Origin: Carcharhinus longimanus
Taxonomy: Eukaryota
DNA length: 64,000 nucleotides
Direction: 5' to 3'
NCBI GenBank assembly: GCA_030264375.1
Contig: JASCQW010000043.1
Location: forward strand, 32,209,960 to 32,273,959
Shown here one piece after another: positions 1-11,772 of the stretch. The notes under the pieces were generated by a model. That model saw only the letters and a program-made list of their open reading frames with translations, did no database searches and was not told the DNA's origin. The position numbers and the translations under genes were made by a program. Position 1 is the first letter of the stretch. Each line of letters begins with the position of its first letter.

Positions 1-92
1 GTTTACTATCAAATAAATTGGTTGGACTTAAACCTGGTGTTGTCAGACTTTTTACTGTGTTTACCCAAGTCCAACGCCGGCATATCCATATC
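1..92 (+). mobile_element. Terminal fragment of a shark Penelope-like repeat
   Basis: aaataaattggttggacttaaacctggtgttgtcagact...gtccaacgccggcatatccatatcat resembles a common elasmobranch PLE-type end as I recall it; truncated by the window edge. Confidence 0.45.
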
Positions 93-480
93 ATGCCTAT
101 CCTGCCAGTGGATTTGCATGGTTTTGTGGAGGCAACATTGGTGATATTTCTCCTGTGATTTGAGGTGTCTGCTGTACATTGTCCATGTCTCTGATGCAAA
201 CAGGAGGGTGGGGACCCCAGCTGCTGTATGAATAATAAGCAAGTGGATTTGAGGTCTCAGTCTTTGAACACTCTGTTACTGAGGCACCTGCAATGGCACA
301 TTAAAGTAGATGTTGAATTTCATCACGATGTCTGCCCATGCTGAGAGGAGGCTCTCGTGGTATGGGAAATAATCCACATTGTCCAGGGGCTCACTGTGGA
401 TCTTTACAGTCGGTGGGGGGTTGGGGGGGGTCAGTTTTGTGTGGCAGGAGTGGGTTGGTAGAGAACTTTTGTTCTCCACT
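93..480 (-). mobile_element. RTE-clade LINE reverse-transcriptase C-terminal fragment, decayed
   Basis: Minus ORFs give PPTVKIHSEPLDNVDYFPYHESLLS and PTLLFASETWTMYSRHLKSQEKYHQCCLHKTMQIHWQDR, matching RTE/BovB-type motifs (LENVDHFPYLGS; LLYGSETW...FHQRCLRKIL.I.WQD). Confidence 0.85.
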
Positions 481-1823
481 ATGACCATACAATGCGCTTC
501 ATGCAGGTATATTTCCATTTCCTGAGGAACATGCATAACAGCTACATTTTGGGGCAGTATCAAATCCCAGCCATCTTTAAGGGAGAGTGGTGGCTGGAGG
601 GATGGTTCTTTGAGGACAAGGCATACTCAGTCAGAAGGTGGCTGATGATGTCACTGTGGAGGCCAGGAACGTCAGCGGAGGGTAATTAAAATGAGGCTTA
701 TGCTGCAAAGGGCGTGCCAGTCAAGCAGGCGATTGGCCTGCTTGAAGATGCAGTTCAGGTGCCTGGAGTAGTCAGGGATAGCCCTACAATATAGCCCCCA
801 GAGGGTCTCCTGCATCAGTGTATTTTGCTTCACTCTCCATAACTTGGTGCTACAGAGCTGGACCTGGAGGAGCATCACATCTCCTCAGATGAAGAGGATA
901 TCGGGGAAGGCGGTGAGGAAGACCATGCAGAGGAGGAGGTGGAAGAAGCTTGGGAAGTGGTCAGGGCCTCATTAGGCCAAAGTGTAAGGATGGCCACATG
1001 GCATATCGTTTCAAGGGCGAGCAAGACTAGGATCGACTAGCTTTCCTATCATGGGGACTAACATCTAACCAGTTATGTGGTGTCAGCAGCATGGTCACAT
1101 GCTGTTGCCAGATATCATGAACAAGGCACTGAAGTTATTGGCCGGACTCTGCAGGACAATGATGATGAGTTGCATTGAGGACAAGGCAATGCTCCCCTCA
1201 TCCTCAGCGATATGTCTGACTGCTGCTTTAATCCACCCTGCCATCGAATTGACTTATCATAAGGCTCAGAAACATGGGATGTGCAGTGTCAGCTACTACA
1301 AGCCCCACTCACATCAAGAGTCCTGGTTTTCATATCCATCTTACAGCTGAGGTGGCAGCCTGGCATCACCTTGACAGCCATTGGCCTCATGATCACTGGA
1401 GAACACTGTTAGACATGAGAGAGGTGTGTTTTGATGGGGGGGGGAGGGGGAGGGCAGGAAAGGTGGTGTCTCACTGTTCCATGGATGGGGCTGATGTCCT
1501 GCCTTTGGTCCACTCCATACAGCATTTCTGGAGGGCCCCCTCCAGAAAGCGCAGTGCTGACTTCTTGCCTGCAGTTGCCTGCAGTTGTTGTGGAACGAGT
1601 GCTGAGGATCCGTTTGTATGGAGCTCCCCAGTGTTTGCCACAGTTAAGTCACGGGGGGATGGGTGAATCAGAGGGAGCACACTGCTGGAGCAGTTTGAAA
1701 TTTGTGTGCATAAAAATTATCACTAATGAGACATAAAATTCTGCCTGAAAATGCACCGTCGGCAGGAATTACTGTTCTTGTGCTGAAACCAACACTCTGC
1801 CATTTTTTGGGAGGATGTTGCCC
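481..1823 (+). mobile_element. Decayed PIF/Harbinger DNA transposon: HARBI1-like DDE transposase on + (~492-860), Myb/SANT-like ORF remnant on - (~1330-1600)
   Basis: Plus strand reads HNSYILG...GWFFEDKAYSVRRWLMMSLWRP...NEAYAA...KQAIGLL/KMQFRCLE*SGIALQYSPQRVSCISVFCFTLHNL, the HARBI1 C-terminal half with stops and frameshifts. Minus strand reads KKSALRFLEGAL/EMLYGVDQRQDI, like Myb_DNA-bind_5. Ends in ...ggatgttgccc. Confidence 0.85.
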
Positions 1824-1921
1824 AATGTACTACTTTATTTAAAGAATACCTAATCAATCTGTGGTAACTATGAAAATACATAGTTTTGTTTTACAGCCAC
1901 TTATAGTTCACTCTACCGTTA

Positions 1922-2075
1922 TAGGAACATAGGAATTAGGAGCAGAAGTAGGCAAATTCAGCCCTTCGAGCCTCCTCCATCATTCAATTGAATCATGGCT
2001 GATCTCTTCCTGGTCTCAAATCCACCTCCCCACCTGTTCCCCAAATACCCTTATCCCTCTTTTTTCTTAGAAATC
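1922..2075 (-). mobile_element. CR1 LINE 3' end fragment
   Basis: ggaacataggaattaggagcagaagtaggc...cccttcgagcct...atcatggctgatct, the reverse complement of the CR1 3' tail seen repeatedly in the window. Confidence 0.8.
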
Positions 2076-2699
2076 AGTCATGAATTTCAAACGATCCGTC
2101 ATAAACTCCACAAATAAGTTTTGAACTTATGATAGGAAATTGGTGTTTCTCCACTGAGTCATTTTTCTTGGGTTACATGTTAAGATTGCTGACAGTGAAT
2201 GTTCTGTGTTTTTTGTAGTGCACATTATTATAAATGTACTAAAAATATTGGTCTTTAAACTTTATACTTTGGACTATAGTACCTTCCTTGTTGGCATCCC
2301 AGTACACACCTAGAAACCCACTTTAGAGCATAATTTCTTACATACTGATCTTGTTGTGACAGAAATAGCTCAAATATTTCACAGCAAAATGCTTGATGGA
2401 GTACGTTATGACTTTGTGTTTACTTATTACAGTCAATTTAGAGAAAATGAACATTCTCTCAGGTTTTACAGTGTATTTGAACTTAAATGTTTCACATATG
2501 GGCATTCTTGAAAAGCCATATGTCAATGTTTAATTATAAAAATAGAACATCCTGTATATTTTATAAATGATTGACTAACCAGCTGAACCTCTTATTCTAT
2601 CCTCAGAAACTTTTGCTGTAGACTTTCCAGAACAATGATTTGCATTTATGCAAGTCCTTTAAATGTAAATATTGTTCCATGGTGCATTACTTAAGGGAG

Positions 2700-3023
2700 G
2701 TGAGGCTATTAATCCAGAAATTCAGCTAATGCTCTGGGGACCTGGGTCCAAATCCTGCCACGGCAGATGGTGGAATTTGATTTCAATAAAAAATATCTGG
2801 AATCAAGATTCTACTAATGATCATGAAGCCATTTATGATTGTCAGAAAAACCCATCTGGTTCACTAGCATCCTTTAGAAATCTGCCATCCTTATCTGGTC
2901 TGACAATATGTGATCGCAGAGCCACAGCAATGTGGTTGACACACAGCTGCCCTAGGGCAACAAGAGATGGGCAGTAGCTGTTGATCATCCAGTGATGCCT
3001 ATATCCCATGAATGAATAAAAAA
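2700..3023 (+). mobile_element. Bipartite SINE (tRNA-like head plus LINE tail) related to the LINE at 30181-34080
   Basis: B-box-like gggtccaaatcc; body aligns with 30205-30405; tail (gatgggcag...gatgcctatatcccatgaatgaataaaaaa) aligns with 34020-34075. Confidence 0.8.
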
Positions 3024-4579
3024 CATCAGTAAAACATTAATTAAGAAACATAAATGAATTTTCTCCTTCTGTTAACTATCTGCAATAACAAGGATTATTT
3101 TCTTATACATATACAGAAAGGGAGTTTTAATGCAAGTGCCCACCCCCCAAGATCAGGGATCAGATACCACAGCAGGACTAGAGGTTGAACACCACATGCT
3201 GTCCTCCCATCCTGAATTCAGAGATAGAGCCCCATTTGGAAATGGACCCTCCTTCCCAGGATCAGGGTTTGGGACTATCCAATCTTTAAATCTGATTTGG
3301 AGCATAGGCATCCCCCAGTCTCCCTCCACAACCTCCCCCCAACAATCTTGTTCCCCACCACACGCACCACAACTGGAAATGAAGGCTGTCATCAGATGAT
3401 TGATGGATGAAGAACCGAGATAATTTGAATTTACGACAATTGTGTTTTTGTTTTATGTGTGAAAACAACAACTGATTGAAGCTGCTCATATTAGGTTTCA
3501 GTAACTATCATATAGATTTTTAATTCCTTTGTGGAATAAGAACATCGTACGTAGCCAGCATTTATTACCAATCCCTAATTGCCTTTGCGAATGAGGCATG
3601 GCATTTTCAAACTACACAAACAACATTGGGGTTTTACTATTCTCCGCAACGGTTCCCAAAATAACCCCCAGGCTGCCATCTATAATTGAATACATAGTGA
3701 GTATTAATTAGGTGTGTCATATATATTGAAGAGAAAGTGAACAATTAAATAGGATTATCAATAGTGCTAATGGACTTTGGTTAGATTTGTGCAAGTTACA
3801 CATTTCCATTCCTTTTTCCTAATATATTGTAACTTCCGTACTATAAACCTCATGACGTTCATAAAACACAAAGAAGCTCAGAGAGCTACTTTAGTCTTCA
3901 TTTGAAGCCTTGTAAAAATTGCTGTAAATCTCATATTTATAAGTCAACCAGGAAATGATTCAGAATATCGTGGAATTTAAACAGACCTGATGGAGCTCAT
4001 TTGGAACTCCATCCTGTAGGCTAAAATATGTCTTTTTTAATGGGTTAAAAATCTCTGCTCTGTTGGTTGTGAGGATCCAGTCATAAAGTGAGTCTGGGGA
4101 ATCTCAAATTAGCTGTGTCAGTTTTCAGTGCCTCTTGAGAATATTGACTCCCATCATGTATATATCATGGGTACCAGATGCGCTTCAGTATCTCACCCAA
4201 AAAAAAACATACTTCAAGGATGAACCAAAGTAGTTATTATGGTAACAAATTCAACTTTATGGTTTATCACAGCTGATCATATTCCCACTCCCAATCAATT
4301 TTGACAAATTTATACTTTTCCAGCATCGCTCACTGGATATCATCTGGACTAATCTTCTTCCCAGACCTAAGTCCAGACTGTCACCTGTGCTGAGGTGAGC
4401 AAACCTAGTAAACATGGGAACCCACTCTGAATTGCTGGCTTGTATAACTTTGCCAAGTATTACCTTCTCATAATGATCCACTGGGAAGCTAACATGCATT
4501 TTTTTGTGGCAGTTTATAATAGAAGTAGATTTATGTTCTCATTTCAAGAGGGAACAATAATGATTTCTCAGCCTATTTC

Positions 4580-4895
4580 AGGCACAGTGACACAGTGATT
4601 AGCACTGCTGCCTCACAGAGCCAAGAACCCAGGTTCAATTCTGATCTCAGGTGACTGTCTGTGTGGAGTTTGCACATTCTTCCTGTGCCTGTGTGGATTT
4701 TCTCTGGGTGCTCTAGTTTCCTTAGTCCAAAAATGTGCAGGTTAGGTTGAATGGCCATGTTAAAATGCCTCTTGATATCAGGGGTTTAGCAGGGTAAATA
4801 TGTGGGCTGATGGGGATCAGCCTGGGTGGGATTGTTGTTAGAGCAGGTTTGATGGGCTGAATGGCCTCCTTCTACACTATAGGGATCCTATGATT
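4580..4895 (+). mobile_element. HE1-type V-SINE with CR1/HER1-derived tail
   Basis: A box tgacacagtgattagc, B box ggttcaattc, V-domain tgtgtggagtttgcacattct..., tail gggctgaatggcctccttct...gggatcctatgatt. Confidence 0.9.
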
Positions 4896-5361
4896 TCCTT
4901 CTACAATTTTCAACATTCTTGAAAGTGTTGAAATCTTTTGTGATATTTCCACAAATACTAACAAACTTTGCACAACTGACTTTTTTTTGTATGGCATAAC
5001 TCTCGATAGTCATAGCAGCAGCTCATTTGACTGTGGCTGGATTCACAGCTGAGATCAATTTGGTCCAACTCCTCTGAATTAAACAATTAAACTAAATTAA
5101 ATAAACTGAGGGACAAACTAAAAAGGAAAAATAAATCACAAATAAAATTTCAAACATTAAACCAAATTGTGATTAAGGGGATCATCCCAGTCCCCCAATT
5201 TTATCCAAACATGCACGCTTTACAGCACAGATCATTGGAAAGTAATCAACAATGAAACCCAAAATTGACTCTTTTCTAACCTGAAGTACTAATTGTAGAA
5301 CAGTGCTGTACCCCAGAGTTAAGATCAGCTAGTTTCATACAAATGTGTAATTGCAGGCGTT

Positions 5362-5810
5362 GATCTTTGTATAGTGGTAGCACTCTTGCCTCCAAGTCAG
5401 AAGGTCTTGGGTTCAAATTCTCTCCTAGATTCTTTAGCTTGTAATCCAAACTGGTATTTGATTGTTGCACAAATGGAGTGCTGAATTGTCATAGATGCTA
5501 TCTTCTGAATGAGACATTAAACCAAGACTTCATCTGTCCTCTCAAACAGACATAAATTATCCTACAGCATTCTCCAATAAGAACTTGGAGTGGTGTTTCC
5601 ATTCAATAATGATCTCTCAAATAACATCAATAGAACTGATTGATTGGTCATTATCTCATTAATCTTTCATGGGAGCTGGCTCTGTGTAAATTGGTTGCTG
5701 CATTTCCCTGCATTACAACAGTGAATACACTTCAAAAATGTATAATTGGTTGTGAAGCACTTTGGAACATTTTGAGGTTGTGAAAGATGCTATATAAATG
5801 CAAGTTTTTT
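5362..5810 (+). mobile_element. Near full-length DeuSINE (SacSINE1-like)
   Basis: tRNA-like head (agtggtagcactcttgcctccaagtcagaaggtcttgggttcaaat), Deu-domain-like core (gagacattaaaccaag...ggtcattatctcatt...aaattggttgctgcatttccc), tail gtgaaagatgctatataaatgcaagt. Confidence 0.8.
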
Positions 5811-6562
5811 ATTTCTTCCTGATGTGTTGGGTTCACTGGGTCAGGTATTTATTGACTAACCTATTGGGGGATCTCTGGGATTAATCTAAGAATGGAGCAC
5901 AAAACTATAACAAAAACAATCCTTCAGATATAACTAAACTTTACAGCACTTTCAAAATGCTTGCTGATACTCGCTTAAACTTCCCACTTAAAATCACTAA
6001 ACACAGCTTATAAAACTCTGGAAGCAATGTTCTACTTTCACCTTAGCTTATTGCATGTTTATGAATACCTCTGAGTATTAAGCCATGTTTGGAATATGTT
6101 AAATAAAGTTGTGCCTAAGTATAATGGTTGTCAGCTGTAGAATCAACCATGTGTAGGCAAGAGGGACATTGTCTAACCAGCAGTACAGCTGACAGACAGA
6201 CATATGGATACCGTATAGTTGTAAAGGATACAATATCAAAGGATGTTCCGAGTCTTGAATTCTTCCATCTTTGTGTTACTTGGCAATTCGTACTTTGATT
6301 CTGGGATAAAAATGTACTGGTCACTGCGCTTAAAAAGAAACAATGTGGTGAATATTTCACATTGNNNNGCAACAAAAGGGTGTACAGGGTTGTAGTCAGT
6401 CTCATTATTGAAAGATGGGTTAATCTAATGGAAAGGATATTCCTCCATCCTGGCAAAAAGCCAAGGAATCAGTGTTACATTTACACAGATCTTTCTCTTC
6501 TGGATTGATGTTACTGCTCATTTAACTTCTGTTTAATTTGGTGAAGATGTTTATTTATTCAG

Positions 6563-6661
6563 TCCTATGATAACATTATCCACGGGGTTACAGCCACACT
6601 GGGAGGATTAGGAATTCCTGAAGGAGAACGAGTATTCATTATTCTGACAGCAACAAATAAC
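6563..6661 (+). CDS. Candidate 99-nt internal exon (SYDNIIHGVTATLGGLGIPEGERVFIILTATNN), gene unidentified
   Basis: Acceptor tttatttattcag, donor AAC|gtgagt, length a multiple of 3, only one open frame, non-repetitive context. Confidence 0.4.
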
Positions 6662-8221
6662 GTGAGTTAAGCACTGCTTTAATTCCTTTGAATAATACTG
6701 AAGGTATTCTTAGTATCTTGGCTTAGATAGACACTGTTTTTAATAAAAATAAATTGGACTTGTTGCAAAAATAGTTGAACAGTTCAGCTGCAAGAACACA
6801 TAATTGCAGCAATAAAATAGATTTATACTAGCTGCAGTTTGCAATGATGAGAAAAGCTGACCAAATGTATATCAATGTTTGGTGCTGTTCAAGTGACATC
6901 ATGGTAGTTTTCATAAGAATTTAACAAAGACCCCGTTGAACTAAATGACTACAGGTCAGGATGGACATAATGGGCCGAATAGCTTCCTTCTGTGCTGTAA
7001 CCATTCTACAATTGTACGATTGTATTTGAATTTTTTAATCCAGGCTATATGTTCTGCCATATCACTTGCAACAGAATGTTCACAGGAATCATTTTAAAGG
7101 GAAGATGTATTAGTTAATAGGGATATCATTGTATTTTCAGTTAAAGATAAGACTAATCAAATCTACAAACCAATACATTATATAAATTTTAATGCCTGTG
7201 CTTGTTAAGGGATCATTAAACAACTTGCCAAATGCTCAATGAATTAATTTGTTTGTATCAGGCAAAAAGCCAGACAGTGGGAAATGCCATGAATAATAAC
7301 TATTATATTTTGTTCAGATTTATGAAGTCAAACTGGCCTAGTTGCGATGATTTTTTTTTGTTCACTGATGTATAGGTTAGTTCCAACATGGAGCCTTGGA
7401 AGCAGGAGCCCTGCTTTGCTAAGTTTGGGTCTGACATGGCACGTTAATCTGTTTAGCATGTGTCTTACAACACAGAGTGGACCTCCACAGTGTATATCCT
7501 TCTATTCAGTGGTACTACATTACTACTGTTGTGATTGCTGAACCATGAAGGAATTGTAATCAATCACATATGCTTTCATTATCAATTCTTAGCTCATTGC
7601 CAATTTGTCGATAAACAAAAACCCAGACTTCCCATTTTGTGGCAATACTGCCTTTGTGGCACTGTATAAATGTTAGGTTTCGACACAAATTGGCATCGCC
7701 AAAGTGTTCACTAAGATTTGATCAGTAAAATTTCCCATTGTCTATTTCATGAGAACATTCAGTTTAATTTCTAGCCTTCAATTTAAATTGTATTCCCAGT
7801 TAAGAAGCTGGGGAACTGGAAGCTTTAGTGATGCTGTTTGGTTGTGAATTTCAGGCAGAGTCTCTTTTAACCACCTTAGTTACTCTGTGCTGAGTACAAT
7901 TCCCACAGCCTATTGTCAAATCTTTGAGTATCCAAGTGCTGATTTTGTCTACTTTGCTGGGGAAAATTGTGCTTCCCTTTTCAAAGTAATTGAAATTAAA
8001 TGGAGTAATTCTTCTGAGGGTGATAGTGTTGCAAATCTCATCTAACCTTTATCAATCCCCCATGATTTAAATTCATTTCTCAATAGAAGCAATTTCCATC
8101 ACTTTTTGCCTCCAAGAGATACAAAGCTCACAATTTTTAACTTTTTACCTAAAATTTACTTCTGAGTGTTGTAATGAGGATTATCGTTTAAGTGTTTAGA
8201 TCATCTATTTCCCTATGCCTG

Positions 8222-8548
8222 TTAAAGTTTTATTTGTTAGTGTCAGAAGTAGGCTTACTTTAACACTGCAATGAAGTTACTGTGAAAATCCCTTAGTCGC
8301 CACACTCCAGTACCCGTTCGGGTACACTAAGTGAGAATTTAGCATGGTCAGTGCACTTAACCCTCACGTTTTTGTCGTGTAGGAGGAAACCAGAGCACCC
8401 AGCGGTAACTCACGCAGAATGTGCAAACACCCCACAGACAGTGACCCAAGCTGGGAATCAAACCCGGATCTCTGGTGCTGTGAGGCAGCAGTGCTAACCA
8501 CCGTGCTGCCCCCAGCAGTGCTAACCACTGTGCCACCATGCCACCCCG
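8222..8548 (-). mobile_element. V-SINE with the alternative (non-CR1) tail and a duplicated head
   Basis: HE1-type head and V-domain; tail reads on - as ...ttttcacagtaacttcattgcagtgttaaagtaagcctacttctgacactaacaaataaaacttt; cagcagtgctaaccac occurs twice at ~8486-8528. Confidence 0.85.
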
Positions 8549-9533
8549 CAACTCTTGCTGATGAAAAGATTCCTATCATTTATGCAACATTGTAAGTCCC
8601 AGAATCATTTATCAGAAGATGTAGAGTTTAAAAAAAAATCTGCTTCTAAATTCCTACAGGAAGTCACAATAACTTCTCTGGTCTGGTGTCAAAGCAACCT
8701 CTGCGTGACACCACAATACCACAATGCAGCTTTGCTGTCCCCTGTTCTTGTTTAGGCATATTTGTAAGTTAACTTTTCCCTACATTTGTGACTGGTTTAA
8801 CGTGTCTGCATTTTTACCCATGGAAAGAAATGTGCACTCCAGCTGTTGATGATTACAGCACTGCTTCTTACGCTTGTTATGACCTGCACATGTCTCCAAT
8901 GGACTGACTGGCAATGATCACATTGTAACAGAGGGCATAGTTTTCACCAACAAGCACTGTGTAGCCATGATTTTAGACATGAATACAACTTTATGAGAGG
9001 AGGTATTCCCCTGAGAAAATATTAATTTCTCACATTGTATTAAATATATTTGCTAGTATGTTGTAAAGATTCTGTATGTTACTGATCTTTATTTATTTTA
9101 TACTGATAGCGTATTAGGGTTAATTTGTTTACAATGATCTTGTGCAATTTCTTATCTTGCAATTGAAGTCAATGGAAATAAACGTTGTGAGAAATGTAAC
9201 ACAGGCTGCCAATTTACTATTGCCAGGGCAAGTACAAAGTCATAGCCCGACCCCATCTCACTGCCAGTCTCAGCTGCACTGCAATTGCTCTCCTGCTGAA
9301 CTGCCACAATTGCGGTAATCTTTTGTCAGCAAAATAACGTAGTTGTTCTTCACATTATGAATCCATGCTTTGTAAAAATAAAATTGCCCTTGTGAATGTG
9401 CTGGCTGGAAATCACTAACTAAACAATTTAAAAGACCAAAGCCTCATTCTAGCAATTTGAAATCACAGTCAAAGTTGCCTGCATATTCACATCACCGTAC
9501 TTTCCATATTCCAAAGCCATTGAATCAGAGATT

Positions 9534-10570
9534 ATGGGATTTTACCACTGCTTTCTGTCTGTTTTGTGGCAGGAAAAAGCCATAAATTCAGGGGTAAAGC
9601 GACTAGCGTGAATGGCGTTGGTTTCTGCAGCCTGCGCAATTTTATGACACCTGGATTTCCAGCATGGTCAGCCTCTCAACGGTAGTGGGTGAGACGATAA
9701 CACCTGCATTCCCCCCTCCCAAGAATGGGGAGCAGCCGTGTTGGCCTCACTGGTGAAACAGGAGGCTACTGAGGCCCACTCGGGAGGCAAGCCCCTTGGG
9801 CTATGTCAAAATGGCAGTGACATTCTGGTACCTAGGCAATGCCCACTGTGCACCTTGGCAATGGGTGGCGCATTTGGGTGGGGATAGTCTGCAAGGAGAA
9901 ATGCTAGAGGGCAGTGACTGTAGGTGGNNNNNNNNNNNNNNNNNNNNNNNNNNNNNNNNNNNNNNNNNNNNNNNNNNNNNNNNNNNNNNNNNNNNNNNNN
10001 NNNNNNNNNNNNNNNNNNNNNNNNNNNGAGAAATGCTAGAGGGCAGTGCCTGTAGGTGGGTGAGACCTGTGGGGGGATGGGGCCCAGTGCCAGTCTGCCA
10101 CTCCACATGCGATTGGTAGGGGAGGATAGCAGGGCTGTGATCAGTGGGGGAGGGGCAGGGTCTGTGATCGATAGGGAAGGGAGGGTGTCCACGATATGTT
10201 TGGGCAGCAGGGCGGTGTTGGCGGGGGGCTGAAATTTGGGCCGCAGGCCTCCATGATTGCAGCAGAGCGCTAGTTGAGGCTGCCTACAGTAGCAAGGGCC
10301 TGGCAACTTTCTTTGTCTGTCAGACCCCTGCTATTGTTAATGCACACGTGCAGCAACAGAAGTCTGTACATGCACCATATCTCCCGCTACAGACTGGCTG
10401 GTGCATTAAGCCCTGCCCACTGCCTTCTGTAGCGAGAAACAGACTTGCACAAAATTTTAAAGATAGAGTGCATAAGATTGGGCCTGAATATGCACCCGAA
10501 AAACAGACTTGGAACTCGCCCAGTTTCACACCTGCCCGACCCTTAGGAAAAATCTTGTAAAATTCTGCCC
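9534..10570. mobile_element. Non-autonomous DNA transposon, Harbinger-like TIRs
   Basis: Left end gggattttac, right end gtaaaattctgccc; GC-rich interior with gatc-G-run motifs shared with 34629-35784. Confidence 0.65.
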
Positions 10571-10682
10571 TACATATGCGCAAGTGTCCATCAAAGATCC
10601 ATAGGGAAATGTGAATGAACCACATTTCCTGTCCCCATTTGCAGAACTTCCAGACTGAACTGGGTGTGGAAACAGCAGTCAA

Positions 10683-11477
10683 TGTAATTATCTCAGACTA
10701 AAGGACTCCGGTTGAGAGAAGAAGTCAATCAGCCATAATCTAATCAGGTTTTCCACTCGTCATGGCCATATTTGGCTCACTGGGCAGTCAGAGAAACAGA
10801 GGACCATGTGACATGTCAGCTAACCCTTTGTGTATTTAAACAACTATTTTCTCTTCAGGCCACAGCAAAAGCAAATGAGATTCTGAAAAAGCAAGATCTC
10901 TATGTAGGTTCCTCCCCCTCCATTTCCCCCTCCTCTCTATCTCTCGCCATACAACTTGCAAGTTTCAGAACCTGTCTAGTGTACTTTTGACTCTCCATGT
11001 GTTACAGCCAGAGATTTTTAAAAAATCTCAATCCAGCAACCTCTATCTTTAAAAGAACAGATGAACTATCTGATATATTTTTAAGCTACTTCAGCACCGC
11101 ACTCAGAAGAACCACTCAGAATTCAGCCTGAAGTCAGCCAAGTCACCAACATTCAAGAGCTGTGTACCCTCTAGTTTTACCGGATTTTAAATCACCTTAT
11201 CTCTCTTCCCAATCTATAATTTATTGTACAGTTGTGGATTTTGAGAGTATGCGAGTGAAAGTTGAAGCGTTTTAGTTCTTGTTCTTAGCAGAATAAATAC
11301 TATTCTCTTTTCTTTTTAAAAACTCAAGAAAACCCATCTGTCTGTGTCTTTTCCAATCACGGCTTGTAAGTAGTTAAACATTTACAGAATTGGTAAATAT
11401 ATCCATTTTTTAAAAATCACTTGCGGTCATACGGACAAAGAGGTGAGCCATTCAACCCTTCATAGCCTGAACTTAAC
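10683..11477 (+). mobile_element. Probable solo LTR
   Basis: Begins TGTAA, ends TTAACA; TATA-like tatttaaa ~10833 and AATAAA ~11292; no clear TSD. Confidence 0.5.
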
Positions 11478-11529
11478 ATTTGAATTGTTTATTAGCGCCT
11501 TGCTATACCTCTCCATCCTCTTCATCTAC

Positions 11530-11772
11530 AAGGAGAAGACAGCAGTTGCATGGGAACACCATCACCTGTAAATTGCCCTCCAGGCCACAGACCATCCTAA
11601 CTTGGAAATATATCACTGTTCCTTCACTGTAACTGATTCAAAAGCCTGGAACCTCCTTACGAACATCACTGTGGCTGTACCATCATTCAGGAATGTGGCT
11701 CACCACAAGTTTCCTAAAGGAAATTGGAGATGGCCAACAAATGCTGATGCCCACATGCTATGAAAGAAAAAA
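11530..11772 (+). mobile_element. 3' end of the CR1-group LINE family also at 18195-19420 and 30181-34080
   Basis: ggaaatatatcactgttccttcactg...gctcaccac...gatgcccacat shared with 19219-19410 and 33740-34075. Confidence 0.8.

Noticed and set aside
3117-3399. Overlapping + (89 aa) and - (79 aa) ORFs, each with an acceptor-like site
   Set aside because: No recognisable domain or convincing donor; the C-rich composition looks like decayed repeat sequence
4257-4499. 80-aa minus-strand ORF
   Set aside because: No family motif and no coherent exon structure
4580-4650. tRNA gene candidates at A/B-box motifs
   Set aside because: All are SINE heads continuing into V- or Deu-domains, not cloverleaf tRNAs
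9896-10059. Direct repeat on either side of a 100-N gap (also 30960/31098 and 36976/37147)
   Set aside because: Duplicated flanks around fixed-size gaps indicate overlapping contig ends, an assembly artefact
10859-10903. Exon-like segment ATAKANEILKKQDLY
   Set aside because: Lies inside a probable LTR and has a weak donor
11090-11110. REST/RE1-like ttcagcacc
   Set aside because: Left half site only, within an LTR
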